A stretch of DNA of 64,000 bases from an uncultured delta proteobacterium (GTDB lineage: Bacteria > Desulfobacterota > BSN033 > UBA1163): assembly GCA_963708295.1 (NCBI GenBank), contig CAVPSJ010000020.1:83431-147430 (forward strand), written 5' to 3'. The notes under the pieces are model-generated. The model was not told the origin of the DNA. It searched no databases and saw only the letters and a list, made by a program, of their open reading frames with translations. Positions 8,383 to 17,414 of the stretch are shown here, piece by piece. Position numbers and translations under genes: made by a program. The number at the start of each line of letters is the position of its first letter. The stretch's first letter is position 1.

Positions 8383-9225
8383 ATGTGGGACTATACAGAA
8401 AAGGTAAAAGACCATTTTCTTAATCCAAGAAATGTAGGAGAGATTGAGAATCCGGACGGAGCGGGTGAGGTCGGGTCGCTGGCCTGCGGCGATGCCCTGA
8501 GGCTCTCGTTCAAGCTGGATGAGAAAAAACGGATTAAAGACGCAAAATTTAAAACCTTCGGATGTGCGAGTGCCATCGCTTCCTCTTCCGCGCTGACGGA
8601 GATCATCAAGGGGAAGACGCTTGAGGAAGCCGCCCGGGTGACCAATCAGGATATCGCCGACTACCTGGGAGGGCTTCCCGAGGAAAAGATGCACTGCTCG
8701 GTGATGGGAAGAGAAGCTCTCGAGGCGGCAATTGCCAGCTATCGCGGGGAGAAAGTAAAAAAAGAAGATTTCGAAGTGATCTGCAACTGCTTCGGTGTGA
8801 CAGATCGCGAGATCATCAAGGCAGTCCGTGAGAATAATCTGAAAACGGTGGAACAGGTAACCTACTATACGAAGGCCGGGGGAGGATGCGGCCAGTGCCA
8901 TCCCAAGATCGAGGCCATCATCGAAAAAGTGAGAAAGGAAATGGAAAAGGAGGCCCCTCCTCCCAAACCTGAGAAAAGGAAGCTGACGAACATCCAGAAG
9001 ATCAAATTGATCGAGGAGACATTGGGGAGGGAGATCATTCCGGCGTTGAAGGCGGATGGAGGGGATCTGGATTTAGTCGATATCGAAGGCAATAAAGTCC
9101 TGGTCGCCCTGAGGGGAAAATGCTCCTTCTGCCCCAGTTCCGAATTTACGTTGAAACAGTATGTCGAATCGAAATTGAGAGAGTTTGTCAGCGACGATAT
9201 TGAAGTGGAGGAGGTCAGGCCGTGA
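8383..9225 (+). CDS. nifU: Fe-S cluster assembly scaffold NifU (three-domain)
   Basis: MWDYTEKVKDHF, GSLACGD, FKTFGCASA, KMHCSV; central CNC..GGGCGQC; C-terminal Nfu-type CSFC. Confidence 0.95.
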   Translation: MWDYTEKVKDHFLNPRNVGEIENPDGAGEVGSLACGDALRLSFKLDEKKRIKDAKFKTFGCASAIASSSALTEIIKGKTLEEAARVTNQDIADYLGGLPEEKMHCSVMGREALEAAIASYRGEKVKKEDFEVICNCFGVTDREIIKAVRENNLKTVEQVTYYTKAGGGCGQCHPKIEAIIEKVRKEMEKEAPPPKPEKRKLTNIQKIKLIEETLGREIIPALKADGGDLDLVDIEGNKVLVALRGKCSFCPSSEFTLKQYVESKLREFVSDDIEVEEVRP

Positions 9226-10403
9226 AGACCGTCTATGTGGATAATAATGCGACGACAAGAGTAGCCCCGGAAGTCCTGGAGGTGATGCAGCCTTATTTTT
9301 CTGAGTACTATGGTAATCCTTCAAGCATGCATTTTTTCGGAGGTCAGGTCCAGAAGAAGGTGGATGAGGCAAGGGCAAGGGTGGCGGAATTCTTGGGGGC
9401 AGAGCCTTCGGAGATTGTCTTCACGAGCTGCGGGACAGAGAGCGACAACGCCGCGATCCTGGGGACACTCGATTCTTATCCTGAGAAGCGGCATATCATC
9501 ACAACCCGGGTTGAGCATCCTGCGGTGGGGAATGTGTCTACCTATTTAGGCCGAAAGGGCTATCGCGTCACCGAACTTTCCGTCGATCGAGAGGGACGGT
9601 TGGATCTGGATGAGCTGAGAGAGTCCCTGACCGACGGGACCGCCGTGGTCACCATCATGTATGCCAACAATGAAACGGGCGTGATCTTTCCGATCGAAGA
9701 GATTGGCGAAATTGTCAAGGCCAAAGGGATTCCTTTTCACACCGATGCAGTTCAGGCGGCAGGGAAGATCCCCCTCAGCATGAAAAAATCGAAGCTGGAT
9801 ATGCTCTCTATCTCCGGTCACAAACTCCATGCACCCAAAGGAATCGGGATCCTCTACATCCGGAAGGGGACGAAGTTTTCTCCCTTCCTGATCGGTGGCC
9901 ATCAGGAGAAGGGTAGAAGAGGGGGGACGGAGAATGTTCCTTACATCATCGGGCTGGGGAAGGCCTGTGAGATGGCCCAAAAACATCTGAATGAAGAGAA
10001 CACGAGGGTCAGATCTCTAAGAGATTATCTCGAGGCGAAGCTTCTGGAAAAGATTCCGAATACGTTAGTGAATGGAGACCGAAAAAACCGGCTTCCCAAC
10101 ACGACGAGCCTGAGCTTCGAATATGTCGAAGGAGAATCAATTCTCCTTCTTCTTTCCGATCTCGGTATCTGCGCTTCGTCGGGATCGGCCTGTACTTCGG
10201 GTTCTCTGGAGCCTTCGCATGTCCTCAGGGCCATGGGGGTTCCTTTTACCGCGGCACACGGGTCGATCCGTTTCAGCCTCTCCATCTATAGTACGAAAGA
10301 AGAGATGGACTATATCATCGAGCATCTCCCGCCCATCATCCAGAGACTGAGAGACATCTCGCCTTTCTGGAAAGATTATCTGAAGGCCCAGGGGAGAGTC
10401 TAA
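9222..10403 (+). CDS. nifS: Cysteine desulfurase NifS
   Basis: YVDNNATT, HTDAVQ, SGHKLH, SSGSACTSGSLEPSHVL. Confidence 0.95.
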   Translation: MKTVYVDNNATTRVAPEVLEVMQPYFSEYYGNPSSMHFFGGQVQKKVDEARARVAEFLGAEPSEIVFTSCGTESDNAAILGTLDSYPEKRHIITTRVEHPAVGNVSTYLGRKGYRVTELSVDREGRLDLDELRESLTDGTAVVTIMYANNETGVIFPIEEIGEIVKAKGIPFHTDAVQAAGKIPLSMKKSKLDMLSISGHKLHAPKGIGILYIRKGTKFSPFLIGGHQEKGRRGGTENVPYIIGLGKACEMAQKHLNEENTRVRSLRDYLEAKLLEKIPNTLVNGDRKNRLPNTTSLSFEYVEGESILLLLSDLGICASSGSACTSGSLEPSHVLRAMGVPFTAAHGSIRFSLSIYSTKEEMDYIIEHLPPIIQRLRDISPFWKDYLKAQGRV

Positions 10404-10405
10404 CC

Positions 10406-10665
10406 GGTTGCTGAAAAACACCCATCTGCGGTGCAGTCCGGCTCGCTCATCGTCTCACGGGCGTGCCAATAGTTGCTCCTTACCCGTCGCAACGGCATCC
10501 CTCATCCCTTCCCCGTGTCAAGCACGGGGAAGGCTTGTTGCGGCGTACGTCACCGTAGGGAATGGTATAAACCGTTTCCTACAAAGGATGGCCTGCCTGA
10601 ACGGCAGGTGAAAGGCTCGTGGGAGCCTCGTCCCGCCCTTGGCGGGAGGCACTTTTTGAGCAGCC
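10406..10665. mobile_element. MITE-like element (GGxTGCTxAAAAA termini) carrying nested palindromes
   Basis: GGTTGCTGAAAAA ... TTTTTGAGCAGCC; nested hairpins at 10507-10533, 10555-10582 (GTAG-type REP) and 10631-10647. Confidence 0.65.
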
Positions 10666-10781
10666 TTGAAAAGGGATTTTTGGCTCACTTTGAATAAGTC
10701 ATTCATGCGAATTTTTGCTTGTCAAAATATCTGACTCTTCCGTCCAATACCCTGAATACCCTGTCTGGTCGAAAATTCTTA

Positions 10782-10848
10782 TTGACAGACGTATTTCCTT
10801 ATATTAGTATTTAAAGTACTAATTATTAGTATTTAAAGTACTAATTAT
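10782..10848 (+). promoter_or_regulatory. Promoter overlapped by two tandem 22-bp palindromic operators
   Basis: TTGACA-N17-TAGTAT; TATTAGTATTTAAAGTACTAAT twice (10802-10845), directly before the ATG. Confidence 0.8.
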
Positions 10849-11445
10849 ATGAATCTGATAGCCCCGGATACTATCAACGATATCCTCGAAGCGCTTGATC
10901 GTCAGATGGAAGTGCATGGGGGAGTGCCGTTAGGCCTTGTCGTATGCGGAGGGACAGCGCTGTCAGCACTTGGTCTGGTGATGCGAACTACAAGAGATAT
11001 GGATGTTTTGGGGTCAGCTTCAGAAACTCAGAATGGGGTGTCCGTTCAATCTTTGAAGAAGTTTCCAGAATGGCTCATGGAGGCGGCAGATAGAGTGGGC
11101 CGGGATTTCGATTTACCGGAGAAATGGCTTAATCTTGGACCGGCTTCACAGGTGGAGTCTGGATTGCCAGAGGGATTTGAGAACAGATTGGTAAAGAAGG
11201 TTTATGGGCAATATCTCGCTGTTTATTTTATCAGCCGGGTTGATCAGATCCATTTTAAACTTTATGCGGCGGTAGATCAGGACGGCTACCACGTACAGGA
11301 TCTGTTTGCTCTTAAGCCCGCGGAACATGAAATGGAAATGGCTGCAAAGTGGGTCGTTACTCAGGATGTTTCAGAGGTGTTTAGAGCCTTGTTAAAGGAC
11401 TTTCTGAAGATACACAACTATGGAGATACGGCTAACAGAATTTAA
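10849..11445 (+). CDS. Nucleotidyltransferase, DUF6036/AbiEii-like
   Basis: LVVCGGTAL...RTTRDMD motif, WLNLGP, KLYA. Confidence 0.8.
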   Translation: MNLIAPDTINDILEALDRQMEVHGGVPLGLVVCGGTALSALGLVMRTTRDMDVLGSASETQNGVSVQSLKKFPEWLMEAADRVGRDFDLPEKWLNLGPASQVESGLPEGFENRLVKKVYGQYLAVYFISRVDQIHFKLYAAVDQDGYHVQDLFALKPAEHEMEMAAKWVVTQDVSEVFRALLKDFLKIHNYGDTANRI

Positions 11446-12407
11446 GAAGGGATTTGTCGATAAACTCATTGAAATCCATTGGAGACACTGGACTACCTTA
11501 GGTGTTGCGTCCCATGTGAAACCTGAGAAAACGTGGGTAGTAGATCTTGAGCCGCTGATTATTTCTACCCTTGCGATAGGTTTACATGATAAACGTCTTT
11601 TATCCTCATCGTTTGAGTGGTTGACGTAAGAACGGGGAATGGGTAAACCAATCGCGCCTGAAAAGGATTGTTAAAGTTTTTTCAGAGCCACTGCCGGAAT
11701 TAAAAACCCTGGTCCTTTATCCTGAAATATTGGAGTTATTTGTCGATACTTATAATAGAAATGCCCGTTATAAAATCAAATATCCAAGGATCGATTTATA
11801 CAAAGCGGAAGGAAACGTAGTCAATGAGTACAGGACTTTCTTTAATGACTTCAAGATAAGAGATGTCACAACGGAGCCCAAGCTTCAGCTTCCATCCATG
11901 ATCCAACTTCTTTTAAGAAATATTTTTGGGGTCGATGCCCGCACCGAAATTCTTATTTATCTCTTGTCCCATGAGGGCGGAAACTCGAATTCGATTGCTA
12001 AAGAGGTTTCTTATAATCAGAAGAATATCTACACCATCCTTGAGAAGTGGTCACGTGTACAGATGGTAGCAAAAATATCTGGGGAGAAAATACCGCGCTA
12101 TTCTCTAACCAGGAAAAAAGGGCTGCTTCTTGCAATCGGACTAAGAGAAATGCCAAATTACTTAAATTGGACCAAGACTTTCCTGTTGTTAGACCGACTG
12201 GCAAAAGCGATCTCCATCTCTCCGTGGTCTGACGACGAATATCTGTTGTCTTCTCTTTTTAGAGATTCCTTCAATGAAACCAAATCAATCGGGAGATTGC
12301 TCCGTATCAATATCCCTGAACCGAGTCATTACCCGGGCAAACAGTTCTTTTCCCCATTTGCATTTGGTGTTCTCGGTATTCTTAATAGACTTGGAAAAGA
12401 AGGCTGA
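11420..12407 (+). CDS. Hypothetical protein with internal HTH-like region, partner of the NTase (+1 frameshift at ~11627)
   Basis: Removing one T after ...EWLT restores KNGEWVNQSRLKR and joins ORF 11730..12407 (FGVDARTEILIYLL..NSIAKEVSYNQKNIYTIL); overlaps the NTase stop. Confidence 0.65.
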
Positions 12408-12598
12408 CATGATTTGGCTCCTGCCCTTTAATTTTCAGCCGTATGAAGGCTTTCCGGTCTTGATTTACTTCTTCCTCTTCCCCAAAGGTTGAAAAAAGCG
12501 TATATTGCAATCACAAATGAACAATGCGGATGGTGGGTTAAGGTTTAGTAAAATATCGAGAAACTCAAAAACAAGTTTGGGAGTTATAAGGAGAAACT

Positions 12599-13243
12599 AT
12601 GCCTATCAACGCTTCTCGATTCAAGGCTATCTGGCCGTGGCTTGCCGAGGTGCGATATGCCTGGTATTCTGCGGCAGTCATTGGGGTTGCCCTGATCATA
12701 TCCCTCCTCCTGTATCCGACCGAACCCGTTCTCCGTCTCACTGGTCTTGCTCTTCAACTACTCGGTATCGGCACTGTTATTTGGGGTATATCTGAGACGA
12801 GAGCCCTCTTCGGGCAGCCATCATTTGCAAGCAAGGCAAAAGGGTGGCTTAGCAGGTTTCCTCTTTTACCCCGAAAGGTTGGGATTGTAGTAGGCAGCGC
12901 CACACTCACACTCGGCGTCGGAAAGGTTAGAGCGCACGGGACAAATGGGCCAGGAGCTAATTCTACCATTGAGGCTCGTGTCGACGCCCTTGAAAAAAAT
13001 GTGACCTCAATCCATAAACGCATCTCTCAGATACAGGAAGAAATGGATGGGGAGGTTCACAAGGTAGCTGATGCAGTAAAGCGCGAAGAACAGTTGCGGC
13101 AAGCGGAGGACAATACAATTCGAGCGAAGTTGGAGGCGACAGGAACAGGCGGCGTTCATATTTCTGCCATTGGAGCATCGTGGCTTTTCGCGGGAATCAT
13201 TCTCAGCACAGCCGCCACAGAGATCGCTGCCCTACTCAAATGA
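12599..13243 (+). CDS. Hypothetical membrane protein with a coiled-coil segment
   Basis: Hydrophobic N- and C-terminal segments; AAGGAG SD. Confidence 0.65.
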   Translation: MPINASRFKAIWPWLAEVRYAWYSAAVIGVALIISLLLYPTEPVLRLTGLALQLLGIGTVIWGISETRALFGQPSFASKAKGWLSRFPLLPRKVGIVVGSATLTLGVGKVRAHGTNGPGANSTIEARVDALEKNVTSIHKRISQIQEEMDGEVHKVADAVKREEQLRQAEDNTIRAKLEATGTGGVHISAIGASWLFAGIILSTAATEIAALLK

Positions 13244-13297
13244 CGCCCAATCCATCCTTTCACTACAAAGTATCGCCCTGGCCGCTGAGGAGGTTGT

Positions 13298-13807
13298 ATG
13301 ATCGATCTTAGAACCGTCTATGGCAACAAGATATTTAATCGCAAGGCATCTTACAAAAATACACGATGCATCCCGTTTATGGCTAATCTCCTTCTCGATT
13401 TCATCCTTGCCTGGGCCATTGTATATATCTTTCACGTTGACTGGAATTATGGTTTTGTCAAAGTGTACGCTATTCTGCTGTTATATGGGGTCTTGAAGTA
13501 TGCATTCACATCTACGGTTGACGCCCTAAACTACCGACTTGCCGTGAAGGACGCCATGGCCGCAGAAATGAAGCATTATCTTTCCGTTTTTGACCGGAAC
13601 GTTAACTGGCACGAGGTAGGTACATACGACGAATTCTTGTTGGAGGCGGCTTTCAATCAAGCTTTGCCCACCGATCTCAGGGTTCTAGCTGGCATTAACT
13701 ACGGCACTGTGGTGGACACAATGGCTTTGAGTCCACGTTTTGAAAGCAGATTCCACCGTCTGTTCAATCAGATTGCCCCGGACTATGTAGAAAAAGTTGA
13801 GAAGTAA
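13298..13807 (+). CDS. Hypothetical membrane protein
   Basis: GAGGAGG SD; two hydrophobic segments. Confidence 0.6.
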   Translation: MIDLRTVYGNKIFNRKASYKNTRCIPFMANLLLDFILAWAIVYIFHVDWNYGFVKVYAILLLYGVLKYAFTSTVDALNYRLAVKDAMAAEMKHYLSVFDRNVNWHEVGTYDEFLLEAAFNQALPTDLRVLAGINYGTVVDTMALSPRFESRFHRLFNQIAPDYVEKVEK

Positions 13808-13873
13808 CAATACGAAAATGATTATGTCAACCAATAAATACATGCACCGGATCACCCAAACTGGATAAGATAA

Positions 13874-14131
13874 ATGACCATTCTCTTGGTATTCTACGTA
13901 ATCGGTGGCGTAATTGGGGTTTTGATCAATCTACGCTTTCTCTTGCCAGTGGCGTATTTTGATGTGAGGAATGCCTTTGGATTGATTATGGCATTGCAGA
14001 CTGTTGGCTATCAGTTGATACGAGTCTTAATATTGAGCTGTGTTGCCTTCTTTCTTTCGTGGATTTCTGTCGGCTATTTAGTCATTCACTACGAAGACTT
14101 CAAAAGTGAGCTCGAAAGAATGAAATTGTAA
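13874..14131 (+). CDS. Small hypothetical membrane protein
   Basis: Strongly hydrophobic 85-aa ORF. Confidence 0.5.
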   Translation: MTILLVFYVIGGVIGVLINLRFLLPVAYFDVRNAFGLIMALQTVGYQLIRVLILSCVAFFLSWISVGYLVIHYEDFKSELERMKL

Positions 14132-14277
14132 TCTCTTTCTAACGGAAATCATCAGCCTCTAATGTAGACTACTCCTCACCCTTTGTAGGTGAAATCGCCG
14201 GAGAAAAGCCAGTCTGACGATATTGTGCAAATCAAGTTGAGACTTTATACTTCAGCAATCAGGAGGAAATGAGAAGT

Positions 14278-15933
14278 ATGACAAAGCTGTTGGATGGTTT
14301 TACTCCCTACCGAGCAGAGGATGCTGAAAGATACAAGAGGCTGGGGTGGTGGGGGGGCCTGACCTTCGGGGATATCCTCGATAGGGCCGCAGATCGTTAT
14401 CCTGACAAGGAAGCATTTGTCGACGGGACCACTCGCCTGACCTTTGCCCAGGCAAGAGACAAGGTCAACCGGCTGGCGATCGGCCTGATCAATTTGGGGA
14501 TAGAGCCCACCGAGCGCGTCCTGGTGCAACTGCCGAACTGGAACGAGTTTGTTTACGTCTATTTCGCACTTCAAAAAATAGGCGCCGTCGATGTCCTGCT
14601 GATCGACCGGTATCGCCCGTATGAGATCAATTATCTCATCCGCTTAACGGGAGCCACCGCCTGGGTCCTGCCCTGGAAATACAAAAAGACGGATTATCTG
14701 CCCATCCTCAAAGAGGTGCTGAAAGAGAGCCCTCAAATGAAAAACGTCATCCTCGCAAGAGGACGAGATCAAAAGGACGATCTTAGCCTGGAAGCGATCA
14801 TGGAGGGCGCAGAGCTGACGGAGAAGAATATGACCGCACTGGCTCAGAGGCGGCCGGATCCGATGCAGGTGGCTCACATGGGTCCCACCGGAGGGACCAC
14901 GGGGTTACCGAAGGTTGTTCCCCGCACCCATAATGACTTGATCTGTAGTTCGCAATATGCCGCCGCGGCCTGGGAAATGGATGCAAGGGATATATGCCTC
15001 CTGGTCGGTCCAATCGGTCACGACCTGACGTTCACCAAGGGTTTTTTGGGCAGTGTTTTAACGTATGGAAAAACCATTTTCTTGGATTCGACGGATCTTG
15101 ACGATATATGCAGAACGATCGAGAAGGAAAAGGTTACTGCGCTGGTTTGGGTTCCCACGCTAGCCAGGCGGTTGGTAGGTTTTGAGGGCTTGGGCAACTA
15201 TGACCTGAGCACGTTGAAAAAGATGCACTGCGGCGGTGGGGCCAGCCTTCCCGACCTCATCAAGGATGTCAGAGGAAAGCTTGGGTGTACCTTTTTTAAC
15301 GGCTATGGCGGAACCGAGGGCATGACCACCTTGACCAGATCCGGCGACGACCTCGAAACCCTTTATACCACGGTCGGGAAACCCACCTGTCCATACGATT
15401 CCTATAAACTGGTTGACCGGGATGGAAAAGAACTCCCGGCGAACACCCCGGGAGAGCTCCTGATCAAAGGCCCGGGGATCTTTACCGGTTATTATCGAAA
15501 CCCCGAAGAGAATGAAAAGATGTTTGACAAAGACGGTTACTTTAAGACGGGCGACGTGGCGAAGATTGATCCGAATGGAAATGTGGCGCTGGTTGGAAGG
15601 ATCAAGGAAATGATTAACCGGGGAGGGGAAAGCATCAGTGCGGTGGAGGTCGAGAAACTGATCACGGATCATCCTGACGTCGCGTTTGTCGCCGCCGTTC
15701 CCATGCCGGACCCGGAGATGGGAGAAAGGGTCTGTGCCTATATCCAGCCCAGGCCGGGGGCCAGGTTGCAATTTAAGGATATCCTTTCCTTTCTAAGAGG
15801 CAGGAAGGCCTCTGTTCTTCATTTTCCTGAAAGAATCGAATTTATCGATGCCATGCCTTTCACGAAGGCGGAGAAGATCGATAAAATGGCTTTGGTAAAA
15901 GATATCAAGGAAAAAATAGAAAGCAAAAGGTAA
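14278..15933 (+). CDS. AMP-dependent acyl/aryl-CoA ligase (EntE/DhbE-like adenylation family)
   Basis: PTGGTTGLPK, YGGTEG, YFKTGD, GRIKEMINRGGE, EKIDK. Confidence 0.9.
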   Translation: MTKLLDGFTPYRAEDAERYKRLGWWGGLTFGDILDRAADRYPDKEAFVDGTTRLTFAQARDKVNRLAIGLINLGIEPTERVLVQLPNWNEFVYVYFALQKIGAVDVLLIDRYRPYEINYLIRLTGATAWVLPWKYKKTDYLPILKEVLKESPQMKNVILARGRDQKDDLSLEAIMEGAELTEKNMTALAQRRPDPMQVAHMGPTGGTTGLPKVVPRTHNDLICSSQYAAAAWEMDARDICLLVGPIGHDLTFTKGFLGSVLTYGKTIFLDSTDLDDICRTIEKEKVTALVWVPTLARRLVGFEGLGNYDLSTLKKMHCGGGASLPDLIKDVRGKLGCTFFNGYGGTEGMTTLTRSGDDLETLYTTVGKPTCPYDSYKLVDRDGKELPANTPGELLIKGPGIFTGYYRNPEENEKMFDKDGYFKTGDVAKIDPNGNVALVGRIKEMINRGGESISAVEVEKLITDHPDVAFVAAVPMPDPEMGERVCAYIQPRPGARLQFKDILSFLRGRKASVLHFPERIEFIDAMPFTKAEKIDKMALVKDIKEKIESKR

Positions 15934-16077
15934 GCAGCGATCTAAGATCCAAAGGTGCGAATACAGCCTTCGGACATTGCTTTTCGTCTTGACACCCATT
16001 CGACTTCTTATATAATTCAATAGATAGGGTGCACCATTCAAAGGGGTTAAATACTGAAAGGTGGGAGGAGAAGAACT

Positions 16078-17199
16078 ATGAGAAAAGGGTACGTGGGATT
16101 GTTGGTGTTGGTGCTTTGTTTTGTCGTTGTGGGATTCGCCGCGGCTCAAAACCAAATGGCCGAATGGCAGAAAAGCAAGCACGCGGATAGGAAGTTGGCC
16201 GCCGATGATGCCGCAACCTGGGAGATGCGGAAAGAGACGACGGCGCACTGCGCCCGCTGTCACAGCGAGCAGGGATTCAAGGCGTGGGTGCCGCAGCTCT
16301 TGAAGGGTGATCCCGGCTTCTTAAAGAAACCCGATGGTTCAAAAGCGGATGAAGCTTTCATCAAAGGCCTGGGACTGACGAAGGAGAAGGTTCAACCGAT
16401 CACGTGCGAGGCGTGTCACAGCGGTCCCCCTGCGCTGCGCATAAAGGATAATATACCCCTGCTGCCGAATGGAATTCCCGTGAAGGCGGTCGGCAAGGGT
16501 GCCCTGTGCATGGCCTGCCACAATACACGAAACGGTCGTATTACCTGGGACAGCCCTGATCCGACGATAAAGTACACCCAGCCCCACGAGGCCGCTCAAA
16601 CGGATGTTATTCTTGGCAAGAATGTCTATTTCTATAATGACACGGGGGATACCGCATCCCCCCATGCTCTTTTTACGGGCGACGCCTGTGTGGCCTGCCA
16701 CAAAATGCTGAGTAAAGGGGGCCATACCTTTAAGGCCGGTGAATGCGAGACCTGTCATGGCGAGAAGATGAAGGAATCCTTTGTTCAGACCGGCACAGAG
16801 GTGTTGCACAAGCAGCTGGCCGCATTGATCGCGAAAAGAATTTTGGCATCCAAGGAAAAGATCGCTTGCGTGACTTCATGGGATGAGAAAACCGATAAAG
16901 ATACTCCTAACACGCCAATCGATGGCAAACAGATCAAGGCCGTTGAAATCCCCATGGGTATCCACGGACAGATCTCCTTGAAGTTTGTCATGCAGGATGG
17001 CAAGGCGGTCTATAGTCAGATGGGAAACATCAAGGATGCCTGCGGAGAGCAGGGGAAACCTGTTTTCGCAACGTCCGATCCGGTCGTCCGCGCCCTGCAT
17101 AATTACTTGTTATTCTGGTACGACGGCAGCAAGGGCGTCCATAACCCGAGGTTCACACGAAACGTCTTGATCGCCACCATCAACGAGATGTCCAAGTAA
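16078..17199 (+). CDS. Periplasmic pentaheme c-type cytochrome (cytochrome c552/NrfA-like C-terminus)
   Basis: Signal peptide; CARCH, CEACH, CMACH, CVACH, CETCH; DGSKGVHNP. Confidence 0.9.
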   Translation: MRKGYVGLLVLVLCFVVVGFAAAQNQMAEWQKSKHADRKLAADDAATWEMRKETTAHCARCHSEQGFKAWVPQLLKGDPGFLKKPDGSKADEAFIKGLGLTKEKVQPITCEACHSGPPALRIKDNIPLLPNGIPVKAVGKGALCMACHNTRNGRITWDSPDPTIKYTQPHEAAQTDVILGKNVYFYNDTGDTASPHALFTGDACVACHKMLSKGGHTFKAGECETCHGEKMKESFVQTGTEVLHKQLAALIAKRILASKEKIACVTSWDEKTDKDTPNTPIDGKQIKAVEIPMGIHGQISLKFVMQDGKAVYSQMGNIKDACGEQGKPVFATSDPVVRALHNYLLFWYDGSKGVHNPRFTRNVLIATINEMSK

Positions 17200-17219
17200 G
17201 AATTCTCGCGTCATGCCAA

Positions 17220-17250
17220 GGGGGCCCTGGGGACTCATCCCAGGGCCCCT
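17220..17250 (+). terminator. Hairpin after the cytochrome gene
   Basis: GGGGCCCTGGG/CCCAGGGCCCC. Confidence 0.55.
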
Positions 17251-17414
17251 CGAGATTCTCGGAAACACGCAAAAGCAATCGCCAAACATCAGCCACCGCT
17301 GACGGTACAAACGATTATCCTCCCCCTTGTTCAACTCCCTTGAATTCTTTCGTCGTTCACCCTAAAATGAGAACTTCATAAGAAGGCATCTATTTCTTTA
17401 CTCGGGGATTTAAC

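Noticed and set aside
8383-10403. Nitrogen fixation cluster
   Set aside because: No nifHDK here; NifUS commonly serves as the housekeeping Fe-S system in anaerobes.
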